24,000 bases of DNA from Klebsiella sp. BIGb0407 (lineage in GTDB: Bacteria; Pseudomonadota; Gammaproteobacteria; Enterobacterales; Enterobacteriaceae), in NCBI RefSeq assembly GCF_024807845.1, contig NZ_JANUEQ010000001.1:962900-986899 (forward strand). The letters run 5' to 3'. The notes under the pieces were generated by a model. That model did not search any database and was not told where the DNA came from. It saw only the letters and a program-made list of their open reading frames with translations. Both the position numbers and the translations under genes were made by a program. How positions within the stretch are numbered: position 1 is the stretch's first letter; each line of letters begins with the position of its first letter. Positions 1-10,471 of this stretch are shown here, piece by piece.

Positions 1-94
1 CCTGTGGACACGTTTTTTGGGGCGTAAAGAGAAAAAACACGACAGCTCTCCTCATTACGCTATTACCCGCCTCTGAGGCGAGTAACACTATAGA

Positions 95-976
95 TTACTT
101 CAAATACTCACCAGAACGCAGCGCTTCAATACGCTTATCCAACGGTGGGTGAGTCATAAATAACTCACTCATTGATTTTGCTTTGCCGTTAATGCAGAAC
201 GCCATCATGCTACTGGCTTCCTGAGGTTCATAGCTGGTTTTCAGACGCTGTAACGCAGCAATCATTTTGTCACGCCCCACCAGTTTTGCCGAGCCTGCAT
301 CAGCATGGAATTCACGATGACGTGAGAACCACATCGTGATAATACTGGCAAGAATACCAAACACCAGCTCAAGTACCGTGGCTACTGCAAAATAGATAAG
401 CGGATTACCGTTGCTGTTTTCACCCTCATCGCGGTTGCCAGACATAAAACCAGAGACTATCTGGGCGATAATACGTGAGATAAAGATAACGAAGGTGTTC
501 ACTACCCCCTGGACCAGCGTCATCGTCACCATATCGCCATTCGCAATATGGCTGATCTCGTGCGCAATAACCGCTTCAGCCTCATCACGGTTCATATTTT
601 GCAGCAAGCCGGTACTGACCGCTACCAGCGACGCATCACGGCGTGCACCCGTAGCAAAGGCATTAATGTCGGGAGCATGGTAAATCGCCACTTGCGGCAT
701 CGCTATCCCAACTTGCTGGGACTGATGACGAACAGTTTCCATCAACCAGCGTTCAGTTTCGTTACGTGGCTGTGTAATGACTTCGCCACCTACAGAGCGC
801 AATGCCATCCACTTTGACATCAGCAACGAGATAATCGAGCCGCCGAAACCAAATAACAGCGCCATGATCATCAAACCTTGCACACTACTTGACTGGATAC
901 CTGTCAGGCTAAGAACCAAGCCAAAAACGAGCATGACTGCAAGGTTAGTTAACAAGAAAAGACCGATACGCATCAT
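95..976 (-). CDS. htpX: HtpX inner-membrane zinc metalloprotease (heat-shock protease)
   Basis: 293-aa ORF, near-identical over its full length to E. coli HtpX as I recall it ([14 protein letters not shown]..., HEISH zinc motif in [12 protein letters not shown]-terminus [18 protein letters not shown]). Sits next to prc-proQ as in E. coli. Confidence 0.97.
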   Translation of the reverse strand: MMRIGLFLLTNLAVMLVFGLVLSLTGIQSSSVQGLMIMALLFGFGGSIISLLMSKWMALRSVGGEVITQPRNETERWLMETVRHQSQQVGIAMPQVAIYHAPDINAFATGARRDASLVAVSTGLLQNMNRDEAEAVIAHEISHIANGDMVTMTLVQGVVNTFVIFISRIIAQIVSGFMSGNRDEGENSNGNPLIYFAVATVLELVFGILASIITMWFSRHREFHADAGSAKLVGRDKMIAALQRLKTSYEPQEASSMMAFCINGKAKSMSELFMTHPPLDKRIEALRSGEYLK

Positions 977-1018
977 AATTCTTTTTTACCTCGGTTAAAC
1001 GCACTTTCACTACCCCAC

Positions 1019-1047
1019 ATCGTAGGGGCGCGTTGTCTATTTTCAAG
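1019..1047 (-). promoter_or_regulatory. Candidate sigma-32 heat-shock promoter of htpX
   Basis: Minus strand reads CTTGAAA (1047-1041), a 12-nt spacer, then CCCCTACGAT (1028-1019), about 43 bp upstream of the htpX ATG. This resembles the sigma-32 consensus CTTGAA-N13-15-CCCCATNT, and htpX is a known sigma-32 regulon member in E. coli. Confidence 0.5.
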
Positions 1048-1192
1048 CATCAAAGCTCGCCAAGTCGTTAATAATACATAACTTTACATTTTGCATTCGT
1101 TTTGCTTACCAATTCTAAGGAAAGCCGACCAGAAAAGAGATAACCACTAATTGCTCAGTCGTTATAAATACATGATGAATGGAGAGAGGATA

Positions 1193-1231
1193 CCTGAAAA
1201 GACGTCGATTCCCTTCTACAGGGAATCGACG
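1193..1231 (-). terminator. Rho-independent terminator downstream of prc
   Basis: Perfect 12-bp stem, CGTCGATTCCCT (1203-1214) pairing with AGGGAATCGACG (1220-1231), with a 5-nt loop. On the minus strand it is followed by GTCTTTTC. It starts 9 nt after the prc stop codon. Confidence 0.7.
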
Positions 1232-1239
1232 ACATAGAG

Positions 1240-3288
1240 CTAGTTTGCAGCTTTAGGTTGTTCTGCAGCACGAGCTTGCTCAATGGCGGCAAGATCAAGT
1301 GCAATATTTACCGTTTCATCGAGGTAAGGATCGGGTTCCTGATAACTCTTCGGTAAATCGTCCAGTTTCTTAATAGCCGGTTTACCGTCACGTTTTAAGC
1401 GTTCATTGATGCGTGACAGACGTAAAGCTTCGTCTTCCTGGTTCTCTTTTTCACGTTGAGCAAAATTGAGGGAAACGATATTACGTTTTTCTTTCAATGC
1501 ATTAAAACGCTCAATATCCTTGGCGATATACTGGAATTCAGAATCTTTCGCGATACGCTGCTCATGTTTTTTCAGCAATTGCGGCTCAAACTGGGTGATA
1601 TCGCCAGTCTTGCTGTAAGTTGCTGCCTTGATGCTATCCCACGGAAGCGCATTATCTTCAAACTGCTCGCCGGTTTCAATTTCCTGATTTCCGGTTGGCA
1701 TCAGAATATCAGGCGTGACACCTTTACGCTGCGTACTGCCACCATTAATACGATAGAACTTCTGGATGGTGTATTGTACTGAGCCTAAAGCGGGCCATTC
1801 AGGGCTGAGCATCTGGTCATAAATGCGGTTTAGCGAGCGATATTGCTGAACTGTTCCTTTACCAAATGTCGGCTCTCCTACTACCAGAGCACGCCCATAG
1901 TCCTGCATTGCGGCAGCAAAAATTTCCGATGCCGAGGCACTGAAACGGTCAACCAGAACGACCAGCGGGCCCTTATAGTAGACTATTCCATCAGTATCGC
2001 TGTCTTCACGGACTTTGCCATTATTGTCGCGAACCTGAACTATCGGTCCGTTTGGAATAAAGAGTCCTGATAAAGCAACAGCCTCAGTTAGCGCACCGCC
2101 ACCATTAGAACGTAAATCGATAATGACACTTTTCACGTTCTCTTTTTCCAGCTTCTGCAGCTGAACTTTAACATCATCTGTTAAACCGACATAAAAACCG
2201 GGAATATCCAGTACCCCGACTTTTTCTTTGCCAATTGTTTTAATTGACATTTTCACTGCGCGGTCTTCGAGGCGGATACGTTCACGCGTCAGAGTAACGA
2301 TGCGAGTTTTTGCGCCTTTAGCTGCAGGTAAAATCTCAAGCCGAACTTTGCTTCCTTTCGGTCCCTTAATCAGCGCAACAACATCATCCAGGCGCCAACC
2401 GATGACATCAACCATGCCTTTTCCAGTCTGACCGATACCGACAATTTTATCACCTACCGCAATATTTTTACTTTTTGCTGCCGGTCCACCCGCCACCATA
2501 GAGTTAATAACGGTATAACCATCATCCATTTGTAAAACCGCACCAATACCTTCCAGAGACAGGCTCATTTCGGTATTAAACTGTTCAGTATTACGTGGTG
2601 AAAGATAGTTGGTGTGGGGGTCTATTTCGCGGGCAAAAGCAGTCATCGCCAAAGTAAACACGTCTTCACTGTTGCTCTGCGCCAGACGGCGAATGGCAAA
2701 CTGATAACGTTTTTTTAGTGCTTCACGAATTTCCGCATCGGTTTTACCGGCCAGTTTCAGGCTCAGCTCATCAAATTTGACCTTGGCGTCCCACAGCTGG
2801 TCCAGTTCAGCGACACTGGTAGGCCATGATGCCTTACCGCGATCCAGATCAATGGTATCGTTGCCGGTAAAATCCATCGGTTTTTCCAGCACTTTCAACG
2901 CATATTCATAACGCTCAAAGCGCCGTTTTTGGGCCAGGTTATATAAATCATAAAATACCGTCAGTTTTCCGGTACGTAGTTCATCACCCAGTTGGTTTTT
3001 TTTCGTGGCAAATTCAGCCACATCGCTTGCCAGCAGCACATTGTGGCTGTAATCAAGCAGATTCAGGTAACGATCAAATATCTTTGCCGAAAAATCGGCA
3101 TCGAGATCAAACTGACGATAATGAGAACGGGTAAAGCGCGATGTCACGCGCTCACTGACCGTAGAATGCTGATTTTCTTCCGTTAACTGGGGAATCTGAT
3201 CGGCTTTCGTAATATCAGTTAATGCCAGGGTGTTGCCTGCTACAAAGAGCAGACAAGCAACGGCCGTAAGCTTAAAGAGTTTGTTCAT
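1240..3288 (-). CDS. prc: Tail-specific periplasmic protease Prc/Tsp (S41 family, PDZ domain)
   Basis: 682-aa ORF, the same length as E. coli Prc, with an N-terminal signal peptide (MNKLFKLTAVACLLFVAGNTLA). Strong full-length similarity to recalled Prc and conserved proQ-prc adjacency. Confidence 0.96.
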   Translation of the reverse strand: MNKLFKLTAVACLLFVAGNTLALTDITKADQIPQLTEENQHSTVSERVTSRFTRSHYRQFDLDADFSAKIFDRYLNLLDYSHNVLLASDVAEFATKKNQLGDELRTGKLTVFYDLYNLAQKRRFERYEYALKVLEKPMDFTGNDTIDLDRGKASWPTSVAELDQLWDAKVKFDELSLKLAGKTDAEIREALKKRYQFAIRRLAQSNSEDVFTLAMTAFAREIDPHTNYLSPRNTEQFNTEMSLSLEGIGAVLQMDDGYTVINSMVAGGPAAKSKNIAVGDKIVGIGQTGKGMVDVIGWRLDDVVALIKGPKGSKVRLEILPAAKGAKTRIVTLTRERIRLEDRAVKMSIKTIGKEKVGVLDIPGFYVGLTDDVKVQLQKLEKENVKSVIIDLRSNGGGALTEAVALSGLFIPNGPIVQVRDNNGKVREDSDTDGIVYYKGPLVVLVDRFSASASEIFAAAMQDYGRALVVGEPTFGKGTVQQYRSLNRIYDQMLSPEWPALGSVQYTIQKFYRINGGSTQRKGVTPDILMPTGNQEIETGEQFEDNALPWDSIKAATYSKTGDITQFEPQLLKKHEQRIAKDSEFQYIAKDIERFNALKEKRNIVSLNFAQREKENQEDEALRLSRINERLKRDGKPAIKKLDDLPKSYQEPDPYLDETVNIALDLAAIEQARAAEQPKAAN

Positions 3289-3308
3289 GCCTGTACCAGG
3301 CCTCCGTT

Positions 3309-4013
3309 TCAGAACTGTAAGTGTTCTGCGCGTACGATCATTGCCATACCAGAAGTCAGCTGTACACGGACGCCATCTTTGGTAATTTCCAGAACAGTTG
3401 CGTCCATAGCGTTGTTACCCGCTTTGACTTTAAGAGTCTGTCCAACCTGTAATACTGAAATATCCGTTACCGGAGTACGACTTTCTTCACGAGGTGCTTT
3501 TTCAGCCGGTTTTTCAGCCGGTTTGTTGACCGGTTTTTCTGACCGTGCTTTACGTTCAGCACCTTCCTGACGGCGTGGGGCCGCAGGTTGCGGTTTACGC
3601 TTACGACGTGGAGCTTCTTCTGTTACTCCCGCAGCAGTAGCAGCTTCACGTTTTTTAGCTTGCTGTTCGGCACGTTTTGCCTGAACGCGTGCTTTCGCTT
3701 CCTCAAGCTGCACACGTGCATGTTCAACATGCTGCTCATCGAGCTCACCACAAGGGTTACCGTCAAGGTCAACGCGGATAGCACCCGCTTTGATTCCATG
3801 CAGATAACGCCAGCTTGAAGTATAAAGACGCAATGCTGAACGCAATTGCGTTTTGCTGAGACTCAACTCACCTTCTACACGCGATACCAAATCCTGAAAG
3901 ATACCAATCTTTAAAGGACGTGCTTCGCCTTCGGCACTAAAGCAAAGCGGGAAACGCTCTGCCAGAAAAGCGATAACTTCTTTACTGCTATTCAACTTAG
4001 GTTGATTTTCCAT
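3309..4013 (-). CDS. proQ: RNA chaperone ProQ (FinO-like N-domain, basic linker, Tudor-like C-domain)
   Basis: 234-aa ORF. N-terminus [25 protein letters not shown] and C-terminus ...[10 protein letters not shown] match ProQ, with a Lys/Pro/Glu/Ala-rich linker between them. Lies 20 nt upstream of prc, the operon arrangement seen in E. coli. Confidence 0.96.
   Translation of the reverse strand: MENQPKLNSSKEVIAFLAERFPLCFSAEGEARPLKIGIFQDLVSRVEGELSLSKTQLRSALRLYTSSWRYLHGIKAGAIRVDLDGNPCGELDEQHVEHARVQLEEAKARVQAKRAEQQAKKREAATAAGVTEEAPRRKRKPQPAAPRRQEGAERKARSEKPVNKPAEKPAEKAPREESRTPVTDISVLQVGQTLKVKAGNNAMDATVLEITKDGVRVQLTSGMAMIVRAEHLQF
3498..3545 (-). repeat. In-frame 12-nt tandem repeat (4 units) inside the proQ linker
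   Basis: Plus strand reads TTTTTCAGCCGG TTTTTCAGCCGG TTTGTTGACCGG TTTTTCTGACCG. Two units are identical and two have diverged. It encodes the [14 protein letters not shown] tract of the ProQ linker. Confidence 0.8.
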
Positions 4014-4116
4014 GAAATTTCCTGATTACACCGGAATTGCCAATAAGCGCAGGCATGAACACGCCACATTATAATGACGCTATCGTTAAATGCCACGGGA
4101 TCCGTTGTTTATCATG

Positions 4117-4605
4117 CTATAACGAGACGATTTTTTTAAAATCTGTGCTGTGCAATACCTCTGACAGCCTTGATACGAGGGTTTTTAAACCAATTTCGTC
4201 TTGTTGTGAAAAACGTGCGTACTGGGTGCTGTCGATATCCAGTACACCAATAATGCGCCCGTCCACACTCAGTGGCAGGACAATTTCAGAATTACTGGCA
4301 GCATCACAGGCAATATGCCCGGCAAAAGCATGAACATCATCCACCCGCTGCACCGAGGCGCTGGCAACAGCAGTTCCACAGACACCTTTGCCCACAGGAA
4401 TACGTACGCAAGCTATTTTTCCCTGAAACGGGCCTAATACTAAGGTATCCCCTTCCAAAAGATAAAATCCTGCCCAGTTAACTTCCTCCAGACGCTCAAA
4501 CAGCAAGGCACTGGTGTTTGCCAGAACCGCCAGAAAGCTGGTTTCACCTGTCATTAAGGCGCTAAAGTCGCGATTCAGATCCGCGTAAAACTGTTCTTTA
4601 CTCAT
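4117..4605 (-). CDS. msrC: Free methionine-(R)-sulfoxide reductase, GAF-domain protein (YebR/MsrC)
   Basis: 162-aa ORF. FYADLNRDF..LM.GETSFLA.LANTSALL, FQGKIACVRIPVG.GVCGTAV and HIACDAASNSEIVLPL match E. coli YebR. Position between proQ and yebS is conserved. Confidence 0.93.
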   Translation of the reverse strand: MSKEQFYADLNRDFSALMTGETSFLAVLANTSALLFERLEEVNWAGFYLLEGDTLVLGPFQGKIACVRIPVGKGVCGTAVASASVQRVDDVHAFAGHIACDAASNSEIVLPLSVDGRIIGVLDIDSTQYARFSQQDEIGLKTLVSRLSEVLHSTDFKKIVSL

Positions 4606-4806
4606 TACCCAGCCATTTTGATGTCATTGTTAATTTCATAGCATACTATACCCTAAATAATTCCAGTTAATTGTAGGCGTTGCGTTTACCCCATCGCCAG
4701 GTACAGATAAACTGAGTGGCTCGACGAGCGTGACGCAGGCAACACCGGGGCAACTTGAAGTATGACGGCTATAGAACCTAACGCAGTGAGCTGATGATGA
4801 CAATAG

Positions 4807-6063
4807 ATGAAAATAGATAACATAAGCCAAACACTGCCCTCAGCACGCTATCAGCGCTGTCCTGAATGTGATGCATTGTTTTTGCTTATGCCAGTGAAAG
4901 CAACACAAAATGCCTATTGCCCCAGCTGTGATGCCAAAGTTCATAATGGACGAGATTGGTCGCTCACTCGCCTTGGGGCAATGGCTATTACCATGATAAT
5001 GCTGATGCCACTGGCCTTCACAGCCCCGCTGCTGAGCATTCTTATGCTCGGATCGCGTGTTGACGTCAGTTTGTGGCAGGGTATCTGGCAGATGGCAGTA
5101 GAAGGAGATGCGATTACCGCCGCAATGGTATTGTTTTGCCTGATAGGTGCACCCGCTATTCTGGCATTGTCCATTATTTATCTCTGGCTGGGTAATATTT
5201 TAGGGATGAATTTGCGTCCCGTGCTATTGATGCTAACCCGATTAAAAGAGTGGGTAATGCTGGATATTTACCTTGTGGGTATCGGTATTGCCTGTATTAA
5301 AGTCAGTGATTATGCCTTTATCGATGCGGCCTACGGGCTGATTGCCTTTGTTGCGCTGGTTATCCTGAGTTTACTGACCTTAATTCATCTTAATGTAGAA
5401 CAGTTATGGAATCGTTTTTATCCTCGCCGCCGCAAGTATACCGATCCAGAGCATTTACGTATTTGTCTGGGCTGTCATCTTACGACTCTTGCAGATGAAC
5501 GGGGGCGTTGTCCACGTTGTCATACCCCGTTACGCTTTCGGCGTCGGCATAGTCTGCAAAAAACCTGGGCGGCACTGATTGCCTCTTTTATTTTCTTGTT
5601 ACCCGCTAACCTACTGCCTATCTCGATACTGTATGTTAATGGTGTGCGCCAGGAGGATACTATTTTTTCAGGCATCATCAGCCTGGCTAATAGTAATATT
5701 GCCATTGCCATCATCGTGTTTATTGCCAGCATTCTGGTGCCATTCACGAAAATTATTGTCATGGTAACGCTGTTGCTCAGCATTCATTTAGACTGCGGTC
5801 CGGGACTCAAGACGCGGATGAAAATGTTGCGTTTTGTGACCTGGATTGGTCGTTGGTCAATGCTGGATTTATTTGTTATAGCATTGATGATGACGTTGAT
5901 TAATCGGGATTTATTGCTCGCTTTTACTATGGGACCTGCTGCCGTTTATTTCGGTGCTGCAGTGATTTTAACTCTGCTTGCTGTCGAGTGGCTGGATAGT
6001 CGACTGCTTTGGGATGTACATGCCTCAGGAAACACCCGCTTCTGTGAAGGAAGCCCGGATTAA
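4807..6063 (+). CDS. letA: LetA (YebS), PqiA-family paraquat-inducible-like inner-membrane protein
   Basis: 418-aa ORF with two Cys-x2-Cys zinc-ribbon-like modules (YQRCPECD...YCPSCD and CLGCH...RCPRCH), each followed by a TM bundle. Collinear with recalled E. coli YebS, for example RHSLQK.WAAL.AS...[10 protein letters not shown] and [11 protein letters not shown]. The N-terminus is 9 aa shorter than in E. coli, so the start is less certain. Confidence 0.92.
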   Translation: MKIDNISQTLPSARYQRCPECDALFLLMPVKATQNAYCPSCDAKVHNGRDWSLTRLGAMAITMIMLMPLAFTAPLLSILMLGSRVDVSLWQGIWQMAVEGDAITAAMVLFCLIGAPAILALSIIYLWLGNILGMNLRPVLLMLTRLKEWVMLDIYLVGIGIACIKVSDYAFIDAAYGLIAFVALVILSLLTLIHLNVEQLWNRFYPRRRKYTDPEHLRICLGCHLTTLADERGRCPRCHTPLRFRRRHSLQKTWAALIASFIFLLPANLLPISILYVNGVRQEDTIFSGIISLANSNIAIAIIVFIASILVPFTKIIVMVTLLLSIHLDCGPGLKTRMKMLRFVTWIGRWSMLDLFVIALMMTLINRDLLLAFTMGPAAVYFGAAVILTLLAVEWLDSRLLWDVHASGNTRFCEGSPD

Positions 6064-8653
6064 AACCAAACGTCGGATCTCACCGTTCTGGCTGCTCCCC
6101 TTTATCGCCCTGTTAATTGGTGGCTGGTTGATGTGGACCGCTTATCAGGAGCGAGGGGATACGGTGACTATCGACTTTACTTCCGCCAATGGCATCGTGG
6201 CGGGCAGGACCCCTGTCCGCTATCAGGGTGTCGAAGTGGGAATGGTGAAGAGTATTAGTCTGAATGATGACTTACGCAAAATTGAAGTCAAAGTCAGTAT
6301 CAAGAGCGACATGCAGGATGCGCTTCGGGAAGAGACCCAGTTCTGGCTGGTCACGCCCAAGGCCTCCCTGGCCGGCGTCTCCGGGCTTGATGCACTCGTT
6401 GGTGGCAACTATATCGGTATGATGCCGGGTGGCGGCGCTTCTCAGGATCATTTTACCGCCCTGGATACCCAGCCCAAATACCGACTGGATAACGGCGAGT
6501 TACTGATACATCTTCAGGCTCCGGATTTGGGATCACTGAACAGCGGTTCCCTGGTCTATTACAGAAAAATTCCGGTCGGCCGTGTTTATGACTACGAGAT
6601 AGACAATACTAAACAAGGTGTGGCTATCGATGTCCTGATTGACAGACGTTTTGCTAATCTGGTCAAAACTAACAGCCGTTTCTGGAACGTTTCTGGTGTT
6701 AAAGCAGATATCAGCCTTAGCGGAGCGCAAGTTCAGCTGGAAAGCCTGGCAGCATTAGTTAATGGTGCAATTGCGTTTGACTCTCCGGATGATTCAGAAA
6801 AAGCCAGCAGTAATGAGAACTTTACCCTGTTTGAAGACCTGGCCCACAGCCAGCGCGGGGTGAACATTACCCTGACTCTGCCCGGAGGCAATGGCCTCAA
6901 TGCCGGGTCAACCAAGCTGATGTATCAAGGTCTGGAAGTGGGTGCGCTGACCAGAATGACGCTGAATCCTGACAGTACCGTGACGGGAGAGATGGTTATC
7001 GACCCAAGCGTTGTCAATCTGATGCGTACTGATACACGTATTACTCTGGAACAACCTAAAATATCTTTAAATAACCCTAGTATCAGCCGTTTACTAACTG
7101 GCTCAACGCTTGAGTTAATTCCAGGTGAAGGCGAACCACAGCACCATTTTACCGTTCTTCCTGGCGCAGAAAGCCCGCTACAGCAACCCAATGTGTTGAC
7201 GCTGGCCCTCACAGCACCTGAAAGCTACGGTATTGATGTCGGACAACCGCTTATTCTGCGCGGTGTGCAAGTGGGGCAAATTACCGAACGTACACTGTCG
7301 GATAAAGGCGTCAGCTTTGTCATTGCTATCGACCCTCAATACAGAGCATTGATTCAGGGTGACAGCAAATTTGTCGTGAACAGTCGCTTTGATGTGAAAG
7401 TGGGCATTGATGGCGTGGAAATGCTCGGAGCCAGTGCCAGTGAGTGGCTATCGGGCGGCATACGTATTCTTCCAGGCAGCAAAGGTGAAATGAAAACGAC
7501 CTATCCTTTGTTTGCTAACCTGGAAAAAGCCCGTGAAAATAGCCTGACCCCACAGCCAACCACTACGCTGACGCTAACAGCCACCAGCCTGCCGGATATT
7601 CAAACGGACTCTGTGGTTCTGTATCGTAAATTTGAGGTAGGTAATATTACCAGCGTTCGTCCGCTGGAAGATAATTTTGAAATTAATGTTCATATCAAAC
7701 CGGAATATCGTCATTTACTGACCTCAGGCAGCGTATTCTGGGCTGAGGGTGGCGCGAAAGTTCAGATAAATGGCAGCGGTCTGAGCGTACAGGCAGTACC
7801 GCTATCCCGGGCCTTAAAAGGGGCGATTAGCTTTGATAATCTGAAAGGCGCCGGGGAAGGTATTGCCAAAAACGGTAAACGCATTCTGTTTGCTTCTGAA
7901 ACCGCCGCCCGCGCAGTGGGAAGTCAGATCCTGCTGCGGACTTTTGATGCGGGCAAACTGTCAGTCGGTATGCCGATCCGTTATCTGGGGATCAATATCG
8001 GTCAACTGGACACCATGGAGCTTGAACCCTCGCGTAAAGAAGTGGTCGCTAAGGCCGTCTTATATCCCGAGTTTGTGACGAGTTTCTCCAAAGCGGGAAC
8101 ACGTTTCTCAGTCGTCACACCGCAGATTTCTGCCGCTGGGGTCGAAAATCTTGACACTATTATCCAGCCTTATATCAATGCTGAACCCGGTCTTGGCAAT
8201 CCACAGCGTGTTTTTGAGCTGCAGGCTGCCTCTATCAGTGACTCTCGTTATGCTGATGGGTTGAGTATTGTGGTAGAAGTACCGGAAGCTGGCGCCCTAA
8301 ATATTGGAACCCCAGTACTGTTCCGTGGCATTGAGGTGGGCACGGTTGCCGGAATGAGACTAGGCGATCTGTCTGACCGGGTAATGGTGAATTTACGTAT
8401 CAGTACCCGTTATCAGCACCTGGTTCGTGACAGTTCGGTATTCTGGCTGGCTTCTGGCTACACCCTTGATTTTGGGTTAATCGGAGGCGTGGTTAAAACC
8501 GGCACCTTTAATCAGTTTATTCGCGGAGGCATTGCTTTTGCCACGCCGCCGGGCATTCCACTTGCCCCGCGCTCTAAGGCCGGAAAGCACTTCCTGCTGG
8601 AAGAAAATGAACCGAAAGAGTGGCGTCAGTGGGGTACTGCTCTTCCACGTTAA
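6020..8653 (+). CDS. letB: LetB (YebT), seven-MCE-domain periplasm-spanning lipid transport tunnel protein
   Basis: From the ATG at 6020 the product is 877 aa beginning MPQETPAS...[14 protein letters not shown]. This matches E. coli LetB (877 aa, MSQETPAS...) in length and along the whole sequence. The ORF-track start at 5978 is an upstream extension; ATG 6014 is also possible. Overlaps the letA 3' end by 44 nt. Confidence 0.95.
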   Translation: MPQETPASVKEARIKTKRRISPFWLLPFIALLIGGWLMWTAYQERGDTVTIDFTSANGIVAGRTPVRYQGVEVGMVKSISLNDDLRKIEVKVSIKSDMQDALREETQFWLVTPKASLAGVSGLDALVGGNYIGMMPGGGASQDHFTALDTQPKYRLDNGELLIHLQAPDLGSLNSGSLVYYRKIPVGRVYDYEIDNTKQGVAIDVLIDRRFANLVKTNSRFWNVSGVKADISLSGAQVQLESLAALVNGAIAFDSPDDSEKASSNENFTLFEDLAHSQRGVNITLTLPGGNGLNAGSTKLMYQGLEVGALTRMTLNPDSTVTGEMVIDPSVVNLMRTDTRITLEQPKISLNNPSISRLLTGSTLELIPGEGEPQHHFTVLPGAESPLQQPNVLTLALTAPESYGIDVGQPLILRGVQVGQITERTLSDKGVSFVIAIDPQYRALIQGDSKFVVNSRFDVKVGIDGVEMLGASASEWLSGGIRILPGSKGEMKTTYPLFANLEKARENSLTPQPTTTLTLTATSLPDIQTDSVVLYRKFEVGNITSVRPLEDNFEINVHIKPEYRHLLTSGSVFWAEGGAKVQINGSGLSVQAVPLSRALKGAISFDNLKGAGEGIAKNGKRILFASETAARAVGSQILLRTFDAGKLSVGMPIRYLGINIGQLDTMELEPSRKEVVAKAVLYPEFVTSFSKAGTRFSVVTPQISAAGVENLDTIIQPYINAEPGLGNPQRVFELQAASISDSRYADGLSIVVEVPEAGALNIGTPVLFRGIEVGTVAGMRLGDLSDRVMVNLRISTRYQHLVRDSSVFWLASGYTLDFGLIGGVVKTGTFNQFIRGGIAFATPPGIPLAPRSKAGKHFLLEENEPKEWRQWGTALPR

Positions 8654-8656
8654 ATC

Positions 8657-8719
8657 CTGGTTAATGCGAATAACCAGAGCTTTATGCTAAACTGCGCCCC
8701 TTATTCTTCCATGGGGCGC
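8657..8719 (+). terminator. Two stem-loops between letB and rsmF (possible weak terminator or attenuator)
   Basis: First stem-loop: CTGGTTA (8657-8663) pairs with TAACCAG (8671-8677). Second: GCGCCCC (8694-8700) pairs with GGGGCGC (8713-8719) across a 12-nt loop, followed by CTTTATG, in which the ATG is the rsmF start. Only a short U-run follows. Confidence 0.35.
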
Positions 8720-8723
8720 CTTT

Positions 8724-10169
8724 ATGGCTCAATCCAGCTCAGCTTACCTGCCACAACCTTTTCTCGATATGATAAAACAGGCTATGCCTGCTGCTCTTTC
8801 CCTTGATAGTTTTATTGCTGCCTGCCATCGCCCGCTACGCCGTAGTTTGCGTGTTAATACGCTAAAAATATCTGTCAGTGACTTTCTTCTGCTGGTTGAA
8901 CCTTACGGCTGGCATCTGACCCCTGTGCCCTGGTGCCCTGAAGGTTTCTGGATTGAGCGCGATAATGACGAGCTGCCTCTCGGGAGTACCGCTGAACATC
9001 TGAGTGGCTTATTCTACATTCAGGAAGCCAGTTCAATGCTTCCGGTTTCGGCGCTATTTTCCGGGACTGACTCGCCACAACGTATTATCGATATGGCGGC
9101 GGCACCAGGATCGAAAACCACACAGATTGCCGCCCGCATGGGTAATCAGGGAGCCATTCTGGCCAATGAATACTCTGCAAGTCGGGTAAAGGTTCTGCAC
9201 GCGAATATCAGTCGTTGTGGGATCAGTAATGTCGCCCTGACCCATTTTGATGGGCGTGTTTTTGGCGCTGCCACACCTGAGGCTTTTGATGCCGTACTGC
9301 TCGATGCCCCCTGTTCAGGCGAAGGGGTTGTGCGTAAAGATCCCGATGCTCTGCGTAACTGGTCATGCGAAAGCACACAAGAAATAGCCGATACACAAAT
9401 GGCCCTGATTGATAGCGCCTTTCATGCCTTACGCCCTGGCGGAACCCTGGTGTATTCAACCTGTACGCTGAACCCGACAGAGAACCAGCAGATCTGTTTA
9501 TGGCTTAAATCCCGCTATCCGGATGCAGTAGAGATAGAGTCTCTCAAGGGTTTGTTCCCGGAAGCAGAACAGGCAATCACCCCCGAAGGATTTCTGCATG
9601 TTTTCCCGCAAATCTATGACTGCGAAGGTTTCTTTGTCGCCCGCCTGCGTAAAATGGCTTCGGTTGAGCCATTAGCTAAACCCGGCTATAAACTCGGTAA
9701 ATTCCCGTTTATGCGCATGAAAGGAGCCGCTGCTGAACAAGTTACCCGGGCTGCGGCCAAATCAGGGTTACGCTTTTCAGACGCACTGACGCTCTGGCAG
9801 CGCGATAAAGAAATCTGGTTATTCCCTGCTGAAATAGAGCCACTGCTTAATCAGGTCCGTTTTTCACGTATTGGCTTGAAGCTCGCCGAACAACATAATA
9901 AAGGTTATCGCTGGCAGCATGAGGCCGTGATTGCACTGGCAAAAGGTGATGACCCACTGTGTTTTTCCCTGACGACAGCAGAGGCTGAAAGCTGGTATCG
10001 GGGTCAGGATATTTATCCCGAAAGCACAATTTCAAACGATGAAGTGATTGTTACCTTTCAGGGACAACCCTTAGGGCTGGCACGAAAAGTCGGTTCACGT
10101 CTGAAAAACAGTTATCCTCGAGAACTGGTTCGTGATGGCAAATTATTTGCCACCAGTATGGCAGGATAA
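8724..10169 (+). CDS. rsmF: 16S rRNA m5C1407 methyltransferase RsmF (YebU)
   Basis: 481-aa ORF (about 479 aa in E. coli). Carries the NOL1/NOP2/Sun SAM-methyltransferase motifs [21 protein letters not shown] and YSTCT. Position after letB is conserved. Confidence 0.94.
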   Translation: MAQSSSAYLPQPFLDMIKQAMPAALSLDSFIAACHRPLRRSLRVNTLKISVSDFLLLVEPYGWHLTPVPWCPEGFWIERDNDELPLGSTAEHLSGLFYIQEASSMLPVSALFSGTDSPQRIIDMAAAPGSKTTQIAARMGNQGAILANEYSASRVKVLHANISRCGISNVALTHFDGRVFGAATPEAFDAVLLDAPCSGEGVVRKDPDALRNWSCESTQEIADTQMALIDSAFHALRPGGTLVYSTCTLNPTENQQICLWLKSRYPDAVEIESLKGLFPEAEQAITPEGFLHVFPQIYDCEGFFVARLRKMASVEPLAKPGYKLGKFPFMRMKGAAAEQVTRAAAKSGLRFSDALTLWQRDKEIWLFPAEIEPLLNQVRFSRIGLKLAEQHNKGYRWQHEAVIALAKGDDPLCFSLTTAEAESWYRGQDIYPESTISNDEVIVTFQGQPLGLARKVGSRLKNSYPRELVRDGKLFATSMAG

Positions 10170-10279
10170 AAATTAGCATTTTTTCCTTGTTATCCTGACG
10201 ATTGCGACCAGGCTAAAAGAAGGCATCCGGCCTGGTTGCCACTTTCTTCGCTTACCCACTCAAGCATAGCGAGATGATA

Positions 10280-10471
10280 ATGTTTGCCTTGGTTATTTTT
10301 GTTTGTTATTTGCACGGCGGTTGCGATGATTTTGTCGTCGAGATCCTCAAAACCGAGGAGCAGTGCCTGGCGGTAATGGATGAGCAGCGTATTCGCCGTG
10401 GCGGCTGCTATCCATTGGATGAAGTGCATGACAGTTTCTGGCTGCCCGCGCAGGAGTATGCTGATTTTTAA
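10280..10471 (+). CDS. yebW: YebW (DUF1482) small protein
   Basis: From ATG 10280 the product is 63 aa, MFALVIFVCYLHGGCDDFVV...QRIRRGGCYP...FWLPAQEYADF. It aligns end to end with my recollection of E. coli YebW (MFALVLFVCYLDGGCEDIVV...QRIRQGGCFP...FWRPAQEYGDF). The ORF-track start at 10274 adds 2 aa. Confidence 0.8.
   Translation: MFALVIFVCYLHGGCDDFVVEILKTEEQCLAVMDEQRIRRGGCYPLDEVHDSFWLPAQEYADF

Noticed and set aside
1081-1112. Search for a CpxR box (GTAAA-N5-GTAAA) upstream of htpX; found GTAAG-N5-CGAAT and an isolated GTAAA
   Set aside because: The second half-site is poor, so this is not convincing from sequence alone even though htpX is Cpx-regulated in E. coli.
5978-6019. ORF-track start of letB at 5978 ([12 protein letters not shown]...)
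   Set aside because: Alignment with E. coli LetB (MSQETPAS...) places the start at ATG 6020, or possibly 6014. The upstream part is simply open frame overlapping the letA 3' end.
10190-10429. 79-aa minus-strand ORF overlapping yebW
   Set aside because: yebW on the plus strand is supported by homology. The antisense ORF has no start signals or recognisable sequence.
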